Origin: Candidatus Sericytochromatia bacterium
Lineage (GTDB): Bacteria > Cyanobacteriota > Sericytochromatia > S15B-MN24 > VGJW01
DNA length: 64,000 nt
Reading direction: 5' to 3'
NCBI GenBank assembly: GCA_035285865.1
Contig: JAYKHS010000017.1
Span: 1 to 64,000, forward strand
Numbering within the stretch: the stretch's first letter is position 1; each line of letters starts with the position of its first letter. A program made the translations under genes and the position numbers. Shown here piece by piece: positions 32,744 through 43,430 of the stretch. Below the pieces are notes generated by a model. That model made no database searches, had not been told where the DNA came from, and saw only the letters and a list, made by a program, of their open reading frames with translations.

Positions 32744-35700
32744 TCAGCGGACCGGCTGGCTGCCTTCCCGCAAGGCCACGCCCGCACTGCCCTGACCCAG
32801 CACCCCCTGTGCCAGCAGGTCCTGCATGGCGGCGTCGATGGCCGCTTCCAGTTGTGGGCCCGTCCTGCTGAAGCCAAGCGCCCCACGGACTTCCCCAAGC
32901 AGGCGGTCTCGGTTGAAGCCGTGCCCGTCGGCGAGGACCGCAAGAAGGGTGGCTGCGTATTCTTCTTGGGCGATGCGTTCCGCTTTCAGGGCCACGTCCG
33001 CCCGACGACGCGCCACGAGGCGTCCGTTCTCCCGGTGGATGAAGTCGCCACGGCGCATCAGGCCCCCCTCGCGAAGCATCATGGCCAAGGCTTGGTCCAG
33101 GCGTTGCCGGATACGGCTGCCCTGGCGGCGATTCCAGATGGCCAGCAGTCGGGCAACCAGTTCGTCGACGTGGATGGGTGCCTCGATTGCGGCGATCTGG
33201 CGCAGATGTCGGGCCAGAAGCTCAAGGGGGGCCTCGGGAAGATCCCCCGACGGAGCCGGCGTCAGTTCCGTGACGGCGACGTACGGTTGCAGCGTCGGCC
33301 GGCGGTAGGGGCGTTCCCATGCTTGCGGGGCAGAGGGCATCGGTGGCGTTTCCCGGGGGGAAACCAGGGCGCTTGAAGGCGGCGCCGGGGGGCTCTCCGC
33401 CGTGGGCGTCTCCGCAGCGGTGCTGGCTACCAGTTCCTTCAGTCGGGCGTCCAGCCGGGCCAGCTCTCCCGCGCGGTCCTTGAACCAGTCGGTGGACCAG
33501 ACCCGCAGGATGGTCCAGCCCCGGGCCTCGAGCAGTTGTTGACGCAGCCGATCCCTGTCCCGAGCCGTCGGCGCGCTGTGGTAGCTGGCGCCATCGCATT
33601 CGATGCCACACAGGAAGCGTCCCGGGCGGGTCGGGTCCATGACGGCCAGATCGATTCGGAAGCCCGCGACGCCTACTTGGGAGACGACCTCGTGGCCCAT
33701 GCGGGCAATCTCTCCCCGCACACCGGCCTCGAAGGGGTTCTCGGGGAGAGCGTCGGCATGTCCGCCCGGAAGATCGAGATGGCCGGTCTGTGCGAAGTGC
33801 AGGAAGGTCCGCAGCAGGCGGGGGCCATCGGACTGGGAGGGGCCAAGGCGCAGATCCTCGGCCAAGATCGAGGAGTAGACCGCCATGCGCTTGCGGGCAC
33901 GCGAAGCAAGGACGTTGAGCCTCCGCCAGCCTTGGTCCTGGTTGAGCGGTCCGAAGAGCTGATGGATGCGACCTTGGCTGTTGCGGCCGTAGGAGACCGA
34001 GATGAGGATGACGTCGCGTTCGTCTCCCTGGATGGTTTCGAGGTGCTTGACGAAGAAGGGCTCGGGCCGGTCGCGGGCGAAGAGCGGCTCGAGGTCAGGA
34101 TCCTGGCGGCGGAGACGATCGAGCTCGTCCATGATCAGCTGTTGTTGCGCCTGATTGAACGTCCCGACGCCCAGCGAGAGATCGGGATGCTTCCTGAAGT
34201 GGGCGATGACGGCCTCGGCCACGGCTCGGGCTTCGCGGGGGTTGCGGCCCTGGCCCTCGTAGATCCCGTCCGCCACGTGGTGGAAGGCCAGGCCGAGTGT
34301 CTCTGATCGGGGCAGGGGGGAGGGCGGCGTCAGCAATTCGCCGTCGTAGCACCGAACGTTGGAATACTGGATCAGCGAGGGGTGCTGGCTGCGGTAATGC
34401 CACTTCAGGCGGCAGAAGGGGATGCCTGCCGACATGAACTCCTCGAGGACGCTTTCCGTCGTTTCCAGCAGCGGTTCCCCGTCTTCGTCGCGCGGCACCT
34501 CCTCGTCGAGCGCGATTTGGAAGAAGTTGGTAGGCGGCAACTGCCTGGGATCGCCGACCACCACCAGTTGGCGTCCCCGGGCAATGGCGCCGATGGCATC
34601 CTGTGTCGGCAGCTGCGAGGCTTCATCGAAGACCACCAGATCGAAGGGCTCGATGTCCGGGGGCAGGAACTGGGCCACGGTCAAGGGGCTCATCAGCAGG
34701 CAGGGCTTGATGGTCCGGATGGCCCTGCCTGCCTTGCGCATGGTTTCCCGCAGCGGACGATGCGCGCGCAGGCGGTTGACCTCGCGGCGCAGGATCTGCA
34801 GTTCGGCCTGCAGGTCAGGCTGGCGGAAGGCTTCCTGCAGGCGATGGCGATGGGTGGCCACCAGATCGAGGCGGTTGTCCTCGAGCACCTGCCGATCCAG
34901 CTTCTGGAAGGTGGCAATGTCCTGCTCATGGACGGGGCCGTTGAAGCTCGCAAGCACCGGGTTGTCGGCGACCAGGGCATCGAGTCGTTCCACGGCCGCG
35001 GCCCGGCGGAAGGCCTCGGCGGCCTGATTCGGCGCCACGCGCCCTGCATCCACGGCGGGCAGGATGCGCCGACCTTCCGTCGCCAGCACCTGCTGGCGGG
35101 CGCTTTCCCAGGCCGTCCACCTCGGGCCGTCGGCAAGGCGCGCCTGCAGCGCCTCCACACGGCGACCCGCCTCGGCGATATCACCCGTGGCCAGGGTGCC
35201 TTCCGGCCAAGCCACGGCTTCCTCCATATCCTTCATGGCCTTGCGCAGGGCCTCGATGCGGGGCCCCAGTCCGCGCAGATCCGCCACCTCCGGATGACGT
35301 TGTTCCGCGACCCGGGCGAGGGGCTCCCGGGACAGCTGGTGTCGGACGCACAAGGCCCGGAAGGCCACCATCCAGTCCATCGCCTGCCCGAGGGCAGCGG
35401 CATCCGTCGCAGGGCCCTGCCACAATGCCCCGAAGACCTGGCGTCCGTCGGGGTCCTGGGCCTCGACCGCTGCCAGAGCCTCTCGCCAAGCCACGAGGTC
35501 GGTGAGCCGTTCCTCGAGTCGGTGGGTCGCCAGCTTGGTGCCCCCGTCGCCCCACTGGCGGCGCAGGCGGTGTACCCGTCCGTCGAACAGCGCGCCAAGG
35601 CCCCAGAGCCGCAGTCGTGCCTCGCGTACGTGGGCCAGATCCCGGAAGAGTCGGTCGTGCGATGGATTGGTGCACTGTTCCCATCGGCCTTCTGCCCAGT

Positions 35701-37468
35701 TGGCGACGGGCTTGCGTCGCGCCTCCAGCTTCCTGAGTGCCTCGAGTGCCGACGTGGCGGCAGGCGGCGGGGCCTGCCACGCGTCTTCCAGCATCGGCAG
35801 CCCGGGAGCCCTCGCCAGCATTTCCCCGAGGCCTGCCGCCATGGCGAGGTCAGCCAGGGTGCGCAGGGGCGGCAGGCCATAGGCGGCTGCCACGGCTGTG
35901 GCGGCCGTCCCGGCATCGGCCAGGGCCTCGCGCAGGCGTGATGCGGCCTCGTCAATGCGCGCTGTCCGGTCCTCCGTCAGCAGCGTCAGGCGACTGCCGC
36001 GCCAAGGGTGCTCGGCCGGGGCACCCAACTGGATGCCTGTCTGCCCGAGGGCTTCGAGGGCTCGCTGGGCTTCGCGCCACGAGGCTTCGTCCCAGTGCGT
36101 CGGGGCACCCTCGAGGGTCGTGCGTGGTGCCTGGCGCACGGGCTCCAGACGGTCCATCCACATCCGCGCCGATAACCCGTCTTCCGGCGCAATCTGATGC
36201 AAGGCGTCGAGATAGGCCGCGAGGCGCTGCCGGCTGTCCTTCAGTACGGGGCCGGAGCCGGTGCGCGCCGGGACCTGGGCCAGCGAGCGGTCGAGTGCCT
36301 CGCCGATGCTGGCCAGCACCGCACGGCGGGTCGCCTTGGCCGCGTGCAGTTCGAGGCAGCACTCTCCCAGGCCGGCGGCAGCCAACTTGGCGTGGACGAC
36401 GTCGAGGGCGGCCTTCTTTTCGGCCACGAACAGGACGCGACCGCCGCGCGCGAGCACGGAGGCGATCAGGTTGGTGATGGTTTGGGACTTGCCCGTGCCC
36501 GGAGGGCCTTCGAGCACCAGATCGTGTCCCCGGGCCACGGCGGCCACGGCGCGCAGTTGGCTGCCGTCCGCATCGACGATCTGGGCCGTGGCCTCGGGTG
36601 CGTGGTCCCGATCGAGTTCGAGGTCGCGAACGCTGGCCGGCAGGCCGACCATCTCGTCGACCTTGCGCTGGAACAGCCGGCTCGCCAAGGGGTGGGTGGC
36701 GAGGCCCGGGGCCAGCAGTTCGAGGTCCCGATACATCACGTACTTGGCAAACAGCAGCGTCGTCAGGACCACGCGGGACTCGAGCGCGCCCTTGTCCATC
36801 CTGCCCAGCACCTCCGCCGCTTGCGCGAACCAGCCGGCCAGCGGGTCGGGGGCACCCTCCTCCTCGGGTTCGAGGTCATCTGGCAGCGGCGGCAGCTCGA
36901 TGCGATGGTGGTGCCTGAGGGCTTCGGCAAGGGTGGGATTGACCAGCGGGTCTTCCTGACTGGCCTCGAGGCGGTAGGTGGCGCCGACGGCGCGGCGCGT
37001 CAGCACGACGGGCAGAAGCAGCAGCGGGGCCTGGAGGGGCGTGCCCGGTTGGCGCGGATCGACCCAGCGGACCATGCCGAGGCACAGGAACAGGATGCCC
37101 AGCCCCTGGTCTTCCCTTGCCCTGGCGGCCGTGTCGTCCAGTTTGCGCAGGGCGCTGTCCATGGCGTGGCGCGTCAGCGCCACGGCGAGCGTCGCTTCTC
37201 GGGGCGCCGAGCCCTCCGGGGCGAGCAGCGTGTCGGGTGCGTCCGTCCCGGTTTCGCGGGTCGCCCGGAAGCCAAAGGCCTGCTCATCAAGTACCAGGTG
37301 GCGGAAGGCCGACAGGGGCTCGATGCCGTCGCAGGCCAGTGCGCCCGGGCTTCCGGTCTTGAGGTTCAGGGCGCGATTGCGCAGCGACAGGTCCAACAGC
37401 CGGCGTTTCCAGGCCTCGACCGAGGCTTCGGCGCGTGCGGCAATCTCTGGAGTGGAAGAAGCGGCCAT
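32744..37468 (-). CDS. DUF4011 - SF1 helicase - Vsr-like nuclease - DUF3320 protein (Hhe-like anti-phage candidate)
   Basis: WKRRLLDLSLRN, GPPGTGKS, DEASQ, GDPRQLPP, HYRS, QGDERD, RRLNV, IECDGASYH, RVWSTDW. Confidence 0.9.
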   Translation of the reverse strand: MAASSTPEIAARAEASVEAWKRRLLDLSLRNRALNLKTGSPGALACDGIEPLSAFRHLVLDEQAFGFRATRETGTDAPDTLLAPEGSAPREATLAVALTRHAMDSALRKLDDTAARAREDQGLGILFLCLGMVRWVDPRQPGTPLQAPLLLLPVVLTRRAVGATYRLEASQEDPLVNPTLAEALRHHHRIELPPLPDDLEPEEEGAPDPLAGWFAQAAEVLGRMDKGALESRVVLTTLLFAKYVMYRDLELLAPGLATHPLASRLFQRKVDEMVGLPASVRDLELDRDHAPEATAQIVDADGSQLRAVAAVARGHDLVLEGPPGTGKSQTITNLIASVLARGGRVLFVAEKKAALDVVHAKLAAAGLGECCLELHAAKATRRAVLASIGEALDRSLAQVPARTGSGPVLKDSRQRLAAYLDALHQIAPEDGLSARMWMDRLEPVRQAPRTTLEGAPTHWDEASWREAQRALEALGQTGIQLGAPAEHPWRGSRLTLLTEDRTARIDEAASRLREALADAGTAATAVAAAYGLPPLRTLADLAMAAGLGEMLARAPGLPMLEDAWQAPPPAATSALEALRKLEARRKPVANWAEGRWEQCTNPSHDRLFRDLAHVREARLRLWGLGALFDGRVHRLRRQWGDGGTKLATHRLEERLTDLVAWREALAAVEAQDPDGRQVFGALWQGPATDAAALGQAMDWMVAFRALCVRHQLSREPLARVAEQRHPEVADLRGLGPRIEALRKAMKDMEEAVAWPEGTLATGDIAEAGRRVEALQARLADGPRWTAWESARQQVLATEGRRILPAVDAGRVAPNQAAEAFRRAAAVERLDALVADNPVLASFNGPVHEQDIATFQKLDRQVLEDNRLDLVATHRHRLQEAFRQPDLQAELQILRREVNRLRAHRPLRETMRKAGRAIRTIKPCLLMSPLTVAQFLPPDIEPFDLVVFDEASQLPTQDAIGAIARGRQLVVVGDPRQLPPTNFFQIALDEEVPRDEDGEPLLETTESVLEEFMSAGIPFCRLKWHYRSQHPSLIQYSNVRCYDGELLTPPSPLPRSETLGLAFHHVADGIYEGQGRNPREARAVAEAVIAHFRKHPDLSLGVGTFNQAQQQLIMDELDRLRRQDPDLEPLFARDRPEPFFVKHLETIQGDERDVILISVSYGRNSQGRIHQLFGPLNQDQGWRRLNVLASRARKRMAVYSSILAEDLRLGPSQSDGPRLLRTFLHFAQTGHLDLPGGHADALPENPFEAGVRGEIARMGHEVVSQVGVAGFRIDLAVMDPTRPGRFLCGIECDGASYHSAPTARDRDRLRQQLLEARGWTILRVWSTDWFKDRAGELARLDARLKELVASTAAETPTAESPPAPPSSALVSPRETPPMPSAPQAWERPYRRPTLQPYVAVTELTPAPSGDLPEAPLELLARHLRQIAAIEAPIHVDELVARLLAIWNRRQGSRIRQRLDQALAMMLREGGLMRRGDFIHRENGRLVARRRADVALKAERIAQEEYAATLLAVLADGHGFNRDRLLGEVRGALGFSRTGPQLEAAIDAAMQDLLAQGVLGQGSAGVALREGSQPVR

Positions 37469-37541
37469 GGTGCTGTCCCCAACGTACCCCAAGCAGCACC
37501 GAGGGTCGGCACTCTTGGTGCCGACCCTCGGTATGTTGCCG

Positions 37542-39011
37542 CTAGAACGTCAGGCCGGCACCGCCTCGAATGTTCCAGATCGTCTGGGGGCCGGAGCCGA
37601 ACGCATAGGTCCGGGCTCCCGTCTCGACGAAGGAGTCCACTCCCATCAACTTCAGCTGCAGGCCCACCAGACCCCGGGCCGACTGGCCGAGGAAGCCGCT
37701 GGCCGCTTCCGTCGTCGCGCTGTTCCCGACGGTGGCCTCCGTCGTCGTGACCGTTCCGTCCGCGGCCGTGTTGACGGTACGTCGGGTGCCACTCTCGACC
37801 GTCTTCCGACGGCTGTTACCCTGTCCGCCCAGTGCGGGTGCCCAGCCGACCTGCCCATAGAGCGTGGCCAAGCTGCCCAGCATGATGTGGCCTTCGGCGC
37901 CCAGCAGCGGTCCGAACATCACCTCGGTGTTTTCGACCGTGACGCTGCTGGTGGCGTTGAGTCCGTTGACGATAGAGCCCTGGGCGGTACCGTCGGCCGT
38001 CGTCGTAAGGGTCGTGGTCTCGGCCAGTTCGGCATGCTTGCCGGTCTTGTCGACCGTCTGCTGGACAAAGGCATCCGAGCGCATCGACATCGGCATCGTG
38101 AGGCCACCCGTCAGGCTGAGTTGCGCTCCCTCGCGCCGCAGGACGGCAAGGCTGGTGCCCGCCGTCAGGTCGTTGACGAGCACCGAGGATGAGCGCCGAT
38201 AGGCGATGCCGCCGCTGGACGCGAAATTGCTCGTCGTGCCGGCATTGTCCTCGGCACCGTCGCGCACCGCGAAGGCGCCACCCTGAGCGAGGTTGCCGAG
38301 GCCCGAGAACGTCGTCGTGGTCGGGGCCGGGCCGACGGCAGGCTGCGGGTCGGCCACGGGCGCGGGCAGCGTGAGTTGGACCGAGGCACCGGGCACGCCG
38401 CCGATCAGCGAGGAGACGTCCAGGCGATCGCCCACCACGGTGGTGGTGGTGACACCGGCATCCGTTGCCGTCGATCCCGAGCTATCCTTGTCCGTCCGAC
38501 TCAGCTTGCCGAGGGCCGTCGTGGCGTTCCCTGCCGCGAGCCACGCACCGTCCACGCGGAGGCTGCTGCCCCAGCCATCGGCGCTGTGCCAGCGCAGGCC
38601 GAGGCCATAACTGGCGCCAATGCCGCCGCCCAGCGTCGTGCTGGTGACGTCCGACGCGGACGTTGTCTTGGTCTTGGTGTTGGCGGCATCGGCAGTGTCT
38701 GCCACAGTCGTCTCGCTGTTCTTCGACCGGACCGTGAAGGTGCCCGCCTGTCCATGCAGGCCGCCGAGGCCCAGTTCGAGATCGAACGAGAGGCCGGTCT
38801 GTCCCCTCGCCTCGGCCACCTGCCCGGGTACGCCGGCCGACGTCGCGGCCGGTGGCCGCTTCGCGGGGGCTGGCGTGCTCAACGAGGCAGGTCCAGCGAG
38901 GGAAGCCGGACCCCCGCTGCGCTTGACCTGGGCCCGGGCCTCGGTTGCGAGGCCGGTCACGCCCACGGTCACGGCCAGCATGGCCGCTCCATGAAGATTC
39001 AGCCGTCGCAT
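37542..39011 (-). CDS. Putative outer-membrane beta-barrel protein with long Thr-rich loops
   Basis: Signal peptide ending ARA; C-terminal IRGGAGLTF; start overlaps the upstream stop (TGATG). Confidence 0.65.
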   Translation of the reverse strand: MRRLNLHGAAMLAVTVGVTGLATEARAQVKRSGGPASLAGPASLSTPAPAKRPPAATSAGVPGQVAEARGQTGLSFDLELGLGGLHGQAGTFTVRSKNSETTVADTADAANTKTKTTSASDVTSTTLGGGIGASYGLGLRWHSADGWGSSLRVDGAWLAAGNATTALGKLSRTDKDSSGSTATDAGVTTTTVVGDRLDVSSLIGGVPGASVQLTLPAPVADPQPAVGPAPTTTTFSGLGNLAQGGAFAVRDGAEDNAGTTSNFASSGGIAYRRSSSVLVNDLTAGTSLAVLRREGAQLSLTGGLTMPMSMRSDAFVQQTVDKTGKHAELAETTTLTTTADGTAQGSIVNGLNATSSVTVENTEVMFGPLLGAEGHIMLGSLATLYGQVGWAPALGGQGNSRRKTVESGTRRTVNTAADGTVTTTEATVGNSATTEAASGFLGQSARGLVGLQLKLMGVDSFVETGARTYAFGSGPQTIWNIRGGAGLTF

Positions 39012-39814
39012 CAGTCGTCTCCTCCCAGCATGTCGCCGATCATCCCGAGTGCCGAACCCCCGCCGCTGCTGCCGCCCGGTCGAATGCCCGCGGCCGAGAC
39101 CACGGCGCTCGCCATGCGGGAGAAGGGCATCGACTGCAGCCACACCCGGCCGGGGCCGACGAGCGTGGACTGGAAGAGGCCCTCGCCGCTGAAGAACATC
39201 GACTTCAGGCCGCGGACGAGCTCGATGTCGAAGTCCACCGACGTCTCGAAGGCCACGACGCAGCCGGTGTCGACGCGAAGGCGCTCACCATCGCGCAGGT
39301 TCCGCTGGATCAGCGAGCCGCCGGCAGAGAGGAACACCAGGCCGTCACCTTCGAGCTTCTGCATGATGAAGCCCTCGCCTCCGAAGAACCCGGCGCCCAG
39401 CTTGCGCTGCAGGTGCAGGCCGATGCTGACGCCCTTGGCGCCGCAGAGAAAGGCTTCTTTCTGGGCGATCAGGGTGCCTCCGACCGTGTCCAGTGACACG
39501 GGGACGATCTCGCCGGGCTGATGGGCCGAGAAGGCGACCCGACGCTTGCCCGAACCTTGGTTCTGGAAGACCGTGACGAAGAGCGACTCGCCCGTCAGCA
39601 GCCGCTTGCCCGCGCCCAGCAGCGAGCCCAGGAATCCGCCGCTCTTCTGGGACCCGTCCCCGAAGAGTGTCTCCATGACGATGCCGTCCTCTGCCCACAG
39701 CATCGCGCCGGCCTCCGACACGGCTGCCTCGCCCGGATCCAACTCGACTTCGACATAGTGGACGGTTTCACCCTTGATTTCGAAGTCCACCTCGTGCATC
39801 TGAGGCATCGTCAT
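39011..39814 (-). CDS. TIGR00266/AIM24 family protein
   Basis: VEVELDPGE...EAGAM, LTGESLF, GFFGGEGFIMQKLEGDG, GPGRVWLQSMP. Confidence 0.93.
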   Translation of the reverse strand: MTMPQMHEVDFEIKGETVHYVEVELDPGEAAVSEAGAMLWAEDGIVMETLFGDGSQKSGGFLGSLLGAGKRLLTGESLFVTVFQNQGSGKRRVAFSAHQPGEIVPVSLDTVGGTLIAQKEAFLCGAKGVSIGLHLQRKLGAGFFGGEGFIMQKLEGDGLVFLSAGGSLIQRNLRDGERLRVDTGCVVAFETSVDFDIELVRGLKSMFFSGEGLFQSTLVGPGRVWLQSMPFSRMASAVVSAAGIRPGGSSGGGSALGMIGDMLGGDD

Positions 39815-39873
39815 CCCTCCTTCGGGGTCATGCTAGGGTTCATTGTGCCTGATCCGGGCGAGAAGGGGGTTGC

Positions 39874-40506
39874 GTGAAGGTCTGCGTGTTCGGGGCCACG
39901 GGTCCCACGGGTCGGCATCTGGTGCGTCTCGCGCTGGAGGCGGGGCATGACGTGGTCGCCGCCTGCCGGAGGCCCGAAATGCTGGAGATGGCCCACGAGC
40001 GCCTCGAGAAGCGTCGGGCCGACGTCTTCGAGGCGGCATCGGTGGCAGACGCCCTGGCGGGATGCGATGCCGTCCTTTCGGCGCTGGGCATGCGCTCGGG
40101 CGAACGGGATCGACCTGTCTACTCCGAGGGCATGGGCCATATCCTCGCCGCGATGGCCGCGCAAGGCGTGCCGCGCCTGCTGGCCGTGACGGCCGCAGGC
40201 CTCGAACCCTCGCCCGACTACAAGCTGCCATGGATCTTCCGGGCCATCATCGAGCCGCTCTTCCTGAAACCCGTATTCGCCGACATGCGTCGGATGGAAG
40301 CCTTGGTCCGTGAGGCAAACATCGATTGGACGCTGGTGCGGCCGCCCGGCCTGGTAGCGGGTCGCCCCCGGGGGCGGTGGCAGGCGCGCGCCGGCGTCGG
40401 GGTGCCGGGATCGGCGCAGATCGATCGTGCGGACCTGGCGGCCTTCATGGTGCATGAACTGAGCGAGGGTGCCTGGGTGCGGCAGGGCGTGGCTGTTGCC
40501 TGGTAG
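39874..40506 (+). CDS. NAD(P)H-binding atypical SDR / flavin reductase-like protein
   Basis: VFGATGPTG, DWTLVRP, IDRADLA. Confidence 0.9.
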   Translation: MKVCVFGATGPTGRHLVRLALEAGHDVVAACRRPEMLEMAHERLEKRRADVFEAASVADALAGCDAVLSALGMRSGERDRPVYSEGMGHILAAMAAQGVPRLLAVTAAGLEPSPDYKLPWIFRAIIEPLFLKPVFADMRRMEALVREANIDWTLVRPPGLVAGRPRGRWQARAGVGVPGSAQIDRADLAAFMVHELSEGAWVRQGVAVAW

Positions 40507-40529
40507 AACGAGAAGGCGTCAATTAGTCA

Positions 40530-40544
40530 CTGTCTAGTTGACAG
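40530..40544 (+). promoter_or_regulatory. Dyad overlapping a TTGACA -35 box upstream of the MerR-family gene
   Basis: CTGTC-TAGTT-GACAG; TTGACA at 40538-40543. Confidence 0.45.
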
Positions 40545-40572
40545 CATTGGTGTTGCGTGAGAGGTTGGATGC

Positions 40573-41010
40573 ATGGCATCGTCCGACCGGGTTTTCAAAC
40601 TGGCCCAACTGGCACAGGCGGCGGGGGTCTCCCCCCGGACCGTCCGCTACTACATCCAGCGGGGCCTTCTGCCCGCGCCCGGGTTCCGGGGGGCGGACAC
40701 GACCTATGGCGAGGAGCACCTCAGGCGTCTCGGGGTCATTCGTCGTCTGCAGGATCTCTTCTGGCCACTCGACGCCATCGGTCGTGCTCTCGAGGCCCCC
40801 GATCCGCGCTGGCTGGACGAGGTGCTGGCTGGCGGGGAGCCCGGTCCTCCAATTTCCGTGGATGTGCCGGACAAGCCTGTGGTGCCCGACAACGGCGAGG
40901 CCTGGTGGCGTCTGGTGCTGGCACCCGGTGTCGAGTTGCACGTGACGGCGGATGCGCGTGAGCGTCACGCCTCATGGCTGGCCAGGGTCGTGGCCTTGGG
41001 GCCGCCGTGA
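40573..41010 (+). CDS. MerR family HTH regulator
   Basis: LAQAAGVSPRTVRYYIQRGLLP...YGEEHLRRL. Confidence 0.9.
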   Translation: MASSDRVFKLAQLAQAAGVSPRTVRYYIQRGLLPAPGFRGADTTYGEEHLRRLGVIRRLQDLFWPLDAIGRALEAPDPRWLDEVLAGGEPGPPISVDVPDKPVVPDNGEAWWRLVLAPGVELHVTADARERHASWLARVVALGPP

Positions 41011-41069
41011 GCAGGTTCGGGGCAGGGTGAAGAGGCGACGTGCCGGCCGGGAGCCAAGGGAGGTAACGG

Positions 41070-43430
41070 ATGATTGCAGTCGAGGAAGGCGTGTCTCTTC
41101 GGGTCGGGGGCGATTATCGCGTGCCCTTGGCCGCGGTCCGGCTCGGGGGCCGGATCGTGGGGCGCTGGGCGGAGCTGCGCCTCGAGCATGATTTCGAGCC
41201 CGCTCCGCGAGGGACGGCCATGGAGGCCACGTACGTCTTTCCGCTGCCTCCAGGGGCCGTCGTGACGGACTTTGCCTTCTCCGTGGCCGGCGAGGTAACG
41301 CGGGGCAAGGTGGAAGAACGCGAGAAGGCTGCCGCGAACTACCGCAAGGCAGTTCGGAAGGGGCAAAAGGCCGGGCTCGTGGAGGAGGCCCGACCCGAAG
41401 TCTTCACCCTGGTGCTCGGCAATCTCTCACCTGAGGCCGGAACCCGGGTCGAACTCACGCTCCTGGTACCGCTAGAACCGCGGGAGGGCATCCTGCGCTG
41501 GCGCATTCCGACCCTCATGGCCCCGCGCTACGGGGCTGTCGGTGAGGGTGCGGGCTCCGCAGCGGGCGTGCCTGCCCTTCGCCACGAGGCCTCGGTGCCC
41601 TATCGTCTGACGATCGATCTCGCGGTGCCCTGGACGCGCGGACTCGAGGTGGACAGCCCCAGCCACGAGCTCCTGGTGCGGCGCGAGGGCGACGTGGTGC
41701 GCATCGGCTTCGATGGGCCGGGCGTGCCGTTGGACCGGGATCTGGTCCTGGACATCTGCACACCGGACGAACCCGTCATGTCCTGGATGCATGCCGAATC
41801 GACAGCCGGTCAGGGCGTGCTGGCCGTGATGGCCATGCCCGACATGGCCCGGCTGTATCCGGAGACGGCTGCTCGACCGCTCGACGTGGTGTTCCTGCTG
41901 GATCGCTCGGGGTCGATGGGCGGCACGGCGATATCCGAGGCTCGTCGGGCGTTGCGCCTGTGCCTGCGTCAGCTCAGGCCCGGCGATCGCGTGGGCATCC
42001 TGGCCTTCGACGACAGCCTGGAGAGCTTCGCGAAAGAGTTGGTACCCTTCGGCCAGGACTTGCTCGAGCGGGCAGACCGGTGGATCGAGGGCGTCGATGC
42101 ACGCGGCGGCACGGACCTGCACCGTGCGCTCGAGGCTGCCTACAGGCTGGCTCCGGATGCGGTGCACGTCCTGCTTACCGATGCCGAAGTCTGGGGCGAG
42201 GACGAACTGCTCCGTCTCGTGGACGGCTTCCGGTCCGGCGGTGCCAAGGCACGCCTGCACGCCTTCGGGATCGGGACAAATGTCGTGATGGGCCTGCTGG
42301 AGCGTCTGGCTCGGGCGACCGCCGGGGACGCGGTGGGCATCGTGCCTGGCGAATCCATCGACGACAAGGTGGCGGGCCAGTTCGCGTCGATCATGGCCGT
42401 GCGCCTCGAGGAGGTCTCGCTGGTCCTCGAGGGCGGCAAGCTGGCGGAGACCCTGCCGGTCCATCTGCCGCCCCTCATCGACGGCGTGCCTTGGCATGTT
42501 CTGGTCCGCTTCAAGGGCAAGGGACCGATGGTCCTGCACCTGACGGCCCGTGGCGAGGCCGGCGAGATTCGGCAGGCCTTCCCGTTGTCTGCCGGGGATG
42601 ACGAGGATCAGGCGCGTCCGGACCTGATGCGCCTCTGGGCTCGCGAGCGGGTCCTCACGGCGCTTCGCGAACCCTTGGACAAAGCGGCCCGGCGTCAATG
42701 GTCCGCGTTCGCCGTCACGCATCAGGCCATGACGCCGCTGACAAGCTGGATTGCCGTGGATCGCAAGGGCAAGAAGGTCTCGGGCCATTCCGTCCGGGTC
42801 GATGTGCCCCTGGCCTACCCGGCCGAGTGGGAGATGGAAGACGGGAATCCGCCGCCCGTGTATTCCGCCCTGACGAACTCCAGTCTGGATGTGGCCGAGG
42901 ACTCCGGGGACGTCTTGTACTTCGAAACAGGGTCGGTTCCGTATTTCTGGCAGGAACCCCCTGCACCCTCGGCTCAGGCCGCAGCCTCGTCGCGGTCTGC
43001 TGCCGACTGGCAGCCCCTGCTCCTGCGGCAGCAGGCGGACGGCCAGTGGGGCGACGTGCACGCGACCCTCGTCGCACTGGTCGAGCTGGCTCCCTGGGTC
43101 GAGACCGAGGCCCAGATCCGGGCCGCGTTCCGACGTGCCATGCCTGGCCTGCTGGACCGTGTCGAGGCCGGCCTTGAGGCCGTACTGTCGCGCCTCGTGC
43201 TGGCTCTGGCCCGGACGCTCGGCTTGGAGCGCCGAAGGGTGGGGGCTTTGGTGGCACGCTTGCTGCCGCCGGCGGATCACGAAGCGTTGGTGCGTCGCGT
43301 CCTTGCGGATGCCGCGGATCCGGACGCGGTGGCTCTGGCTTCCAGCCTGCCGGGGAAGAAGGATCTCGGCGGCGAGCATCTGGCCGCTCCGCTGCTGGCC
43401 GAGATGGCCCGGTTCCTTCCGTCGACGTGA
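41070..43430 (+). CDS. VIT (vault inter-alpha-trypsin) plus vWA domain protein
   Basis: EATYVFPLP, GKVEEREKA, MIDAS DRSGSM, GGT, LLTD, FGIG. Confidence 0.92.
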   Translation: MIAVEEGVSLRVGGDYRVPLAAVRLGGRIVGRWAELRLEHDFEPAPRGTAMEATYVFPLPPGAVVTDFAFSVAGEVTRGKVEEREKAAANYRKAVRKGQKAGLVEEARPEVFTLVLGNLSPEAGTRVELTLLVPLEPREGILRWRIPTLMAPRYGAVGEGAGSAAGVPALRHEASVPYRLTIDLAVPWTRGLEVDSPSHELLVRREGDVVRIGFDGPGVPLDRDLVLDICTPDEPVMSWMHAESTAGQGVLAVMAMPDMARLYPETAARPLDVVFLLDRSGSMGGTAISEARRALRLCLRQLRPGDRVGILAFDDSLESFAKELVPFGQDLLERADRWIEGVDARGGTDLHRALEAAYRLAPDAVHVLLTDAEVWGEDELLRLVDGFRSGGAKARLHAFGIGTNVVMGLLERLARATAGDAVGIVPGESIDDKVAGQFASIMAVRLEEVSLVLEGGKLAETLPVHLPPLIDGVPWHVLVRFKGKGPMVLHLTARGEAGEIRQAFPLSAGDDEDQARPDLMRLWARERVLTALREPLDKAARRQWSAFAVTHQAMTPLTSWIAVDRKGKKVSGHSVRVDVPLAYPAEWEMEDGNPPPVYSALTNSSLDVAEDSGDVLYFETGSVPYFWQEPPAPSAQAAASSRSAADWQPLLLRQQADGQWGDVHATLVALVELAPWVETEAQIRAAFRRAMPGLLDRVEAGLEAVLSRLVLALARTLGLERRRVGALVARLLPPADHEALVRRVLADAADPDAVALASSLPGKKDLGGEHLAAPLLAEMARFLPST

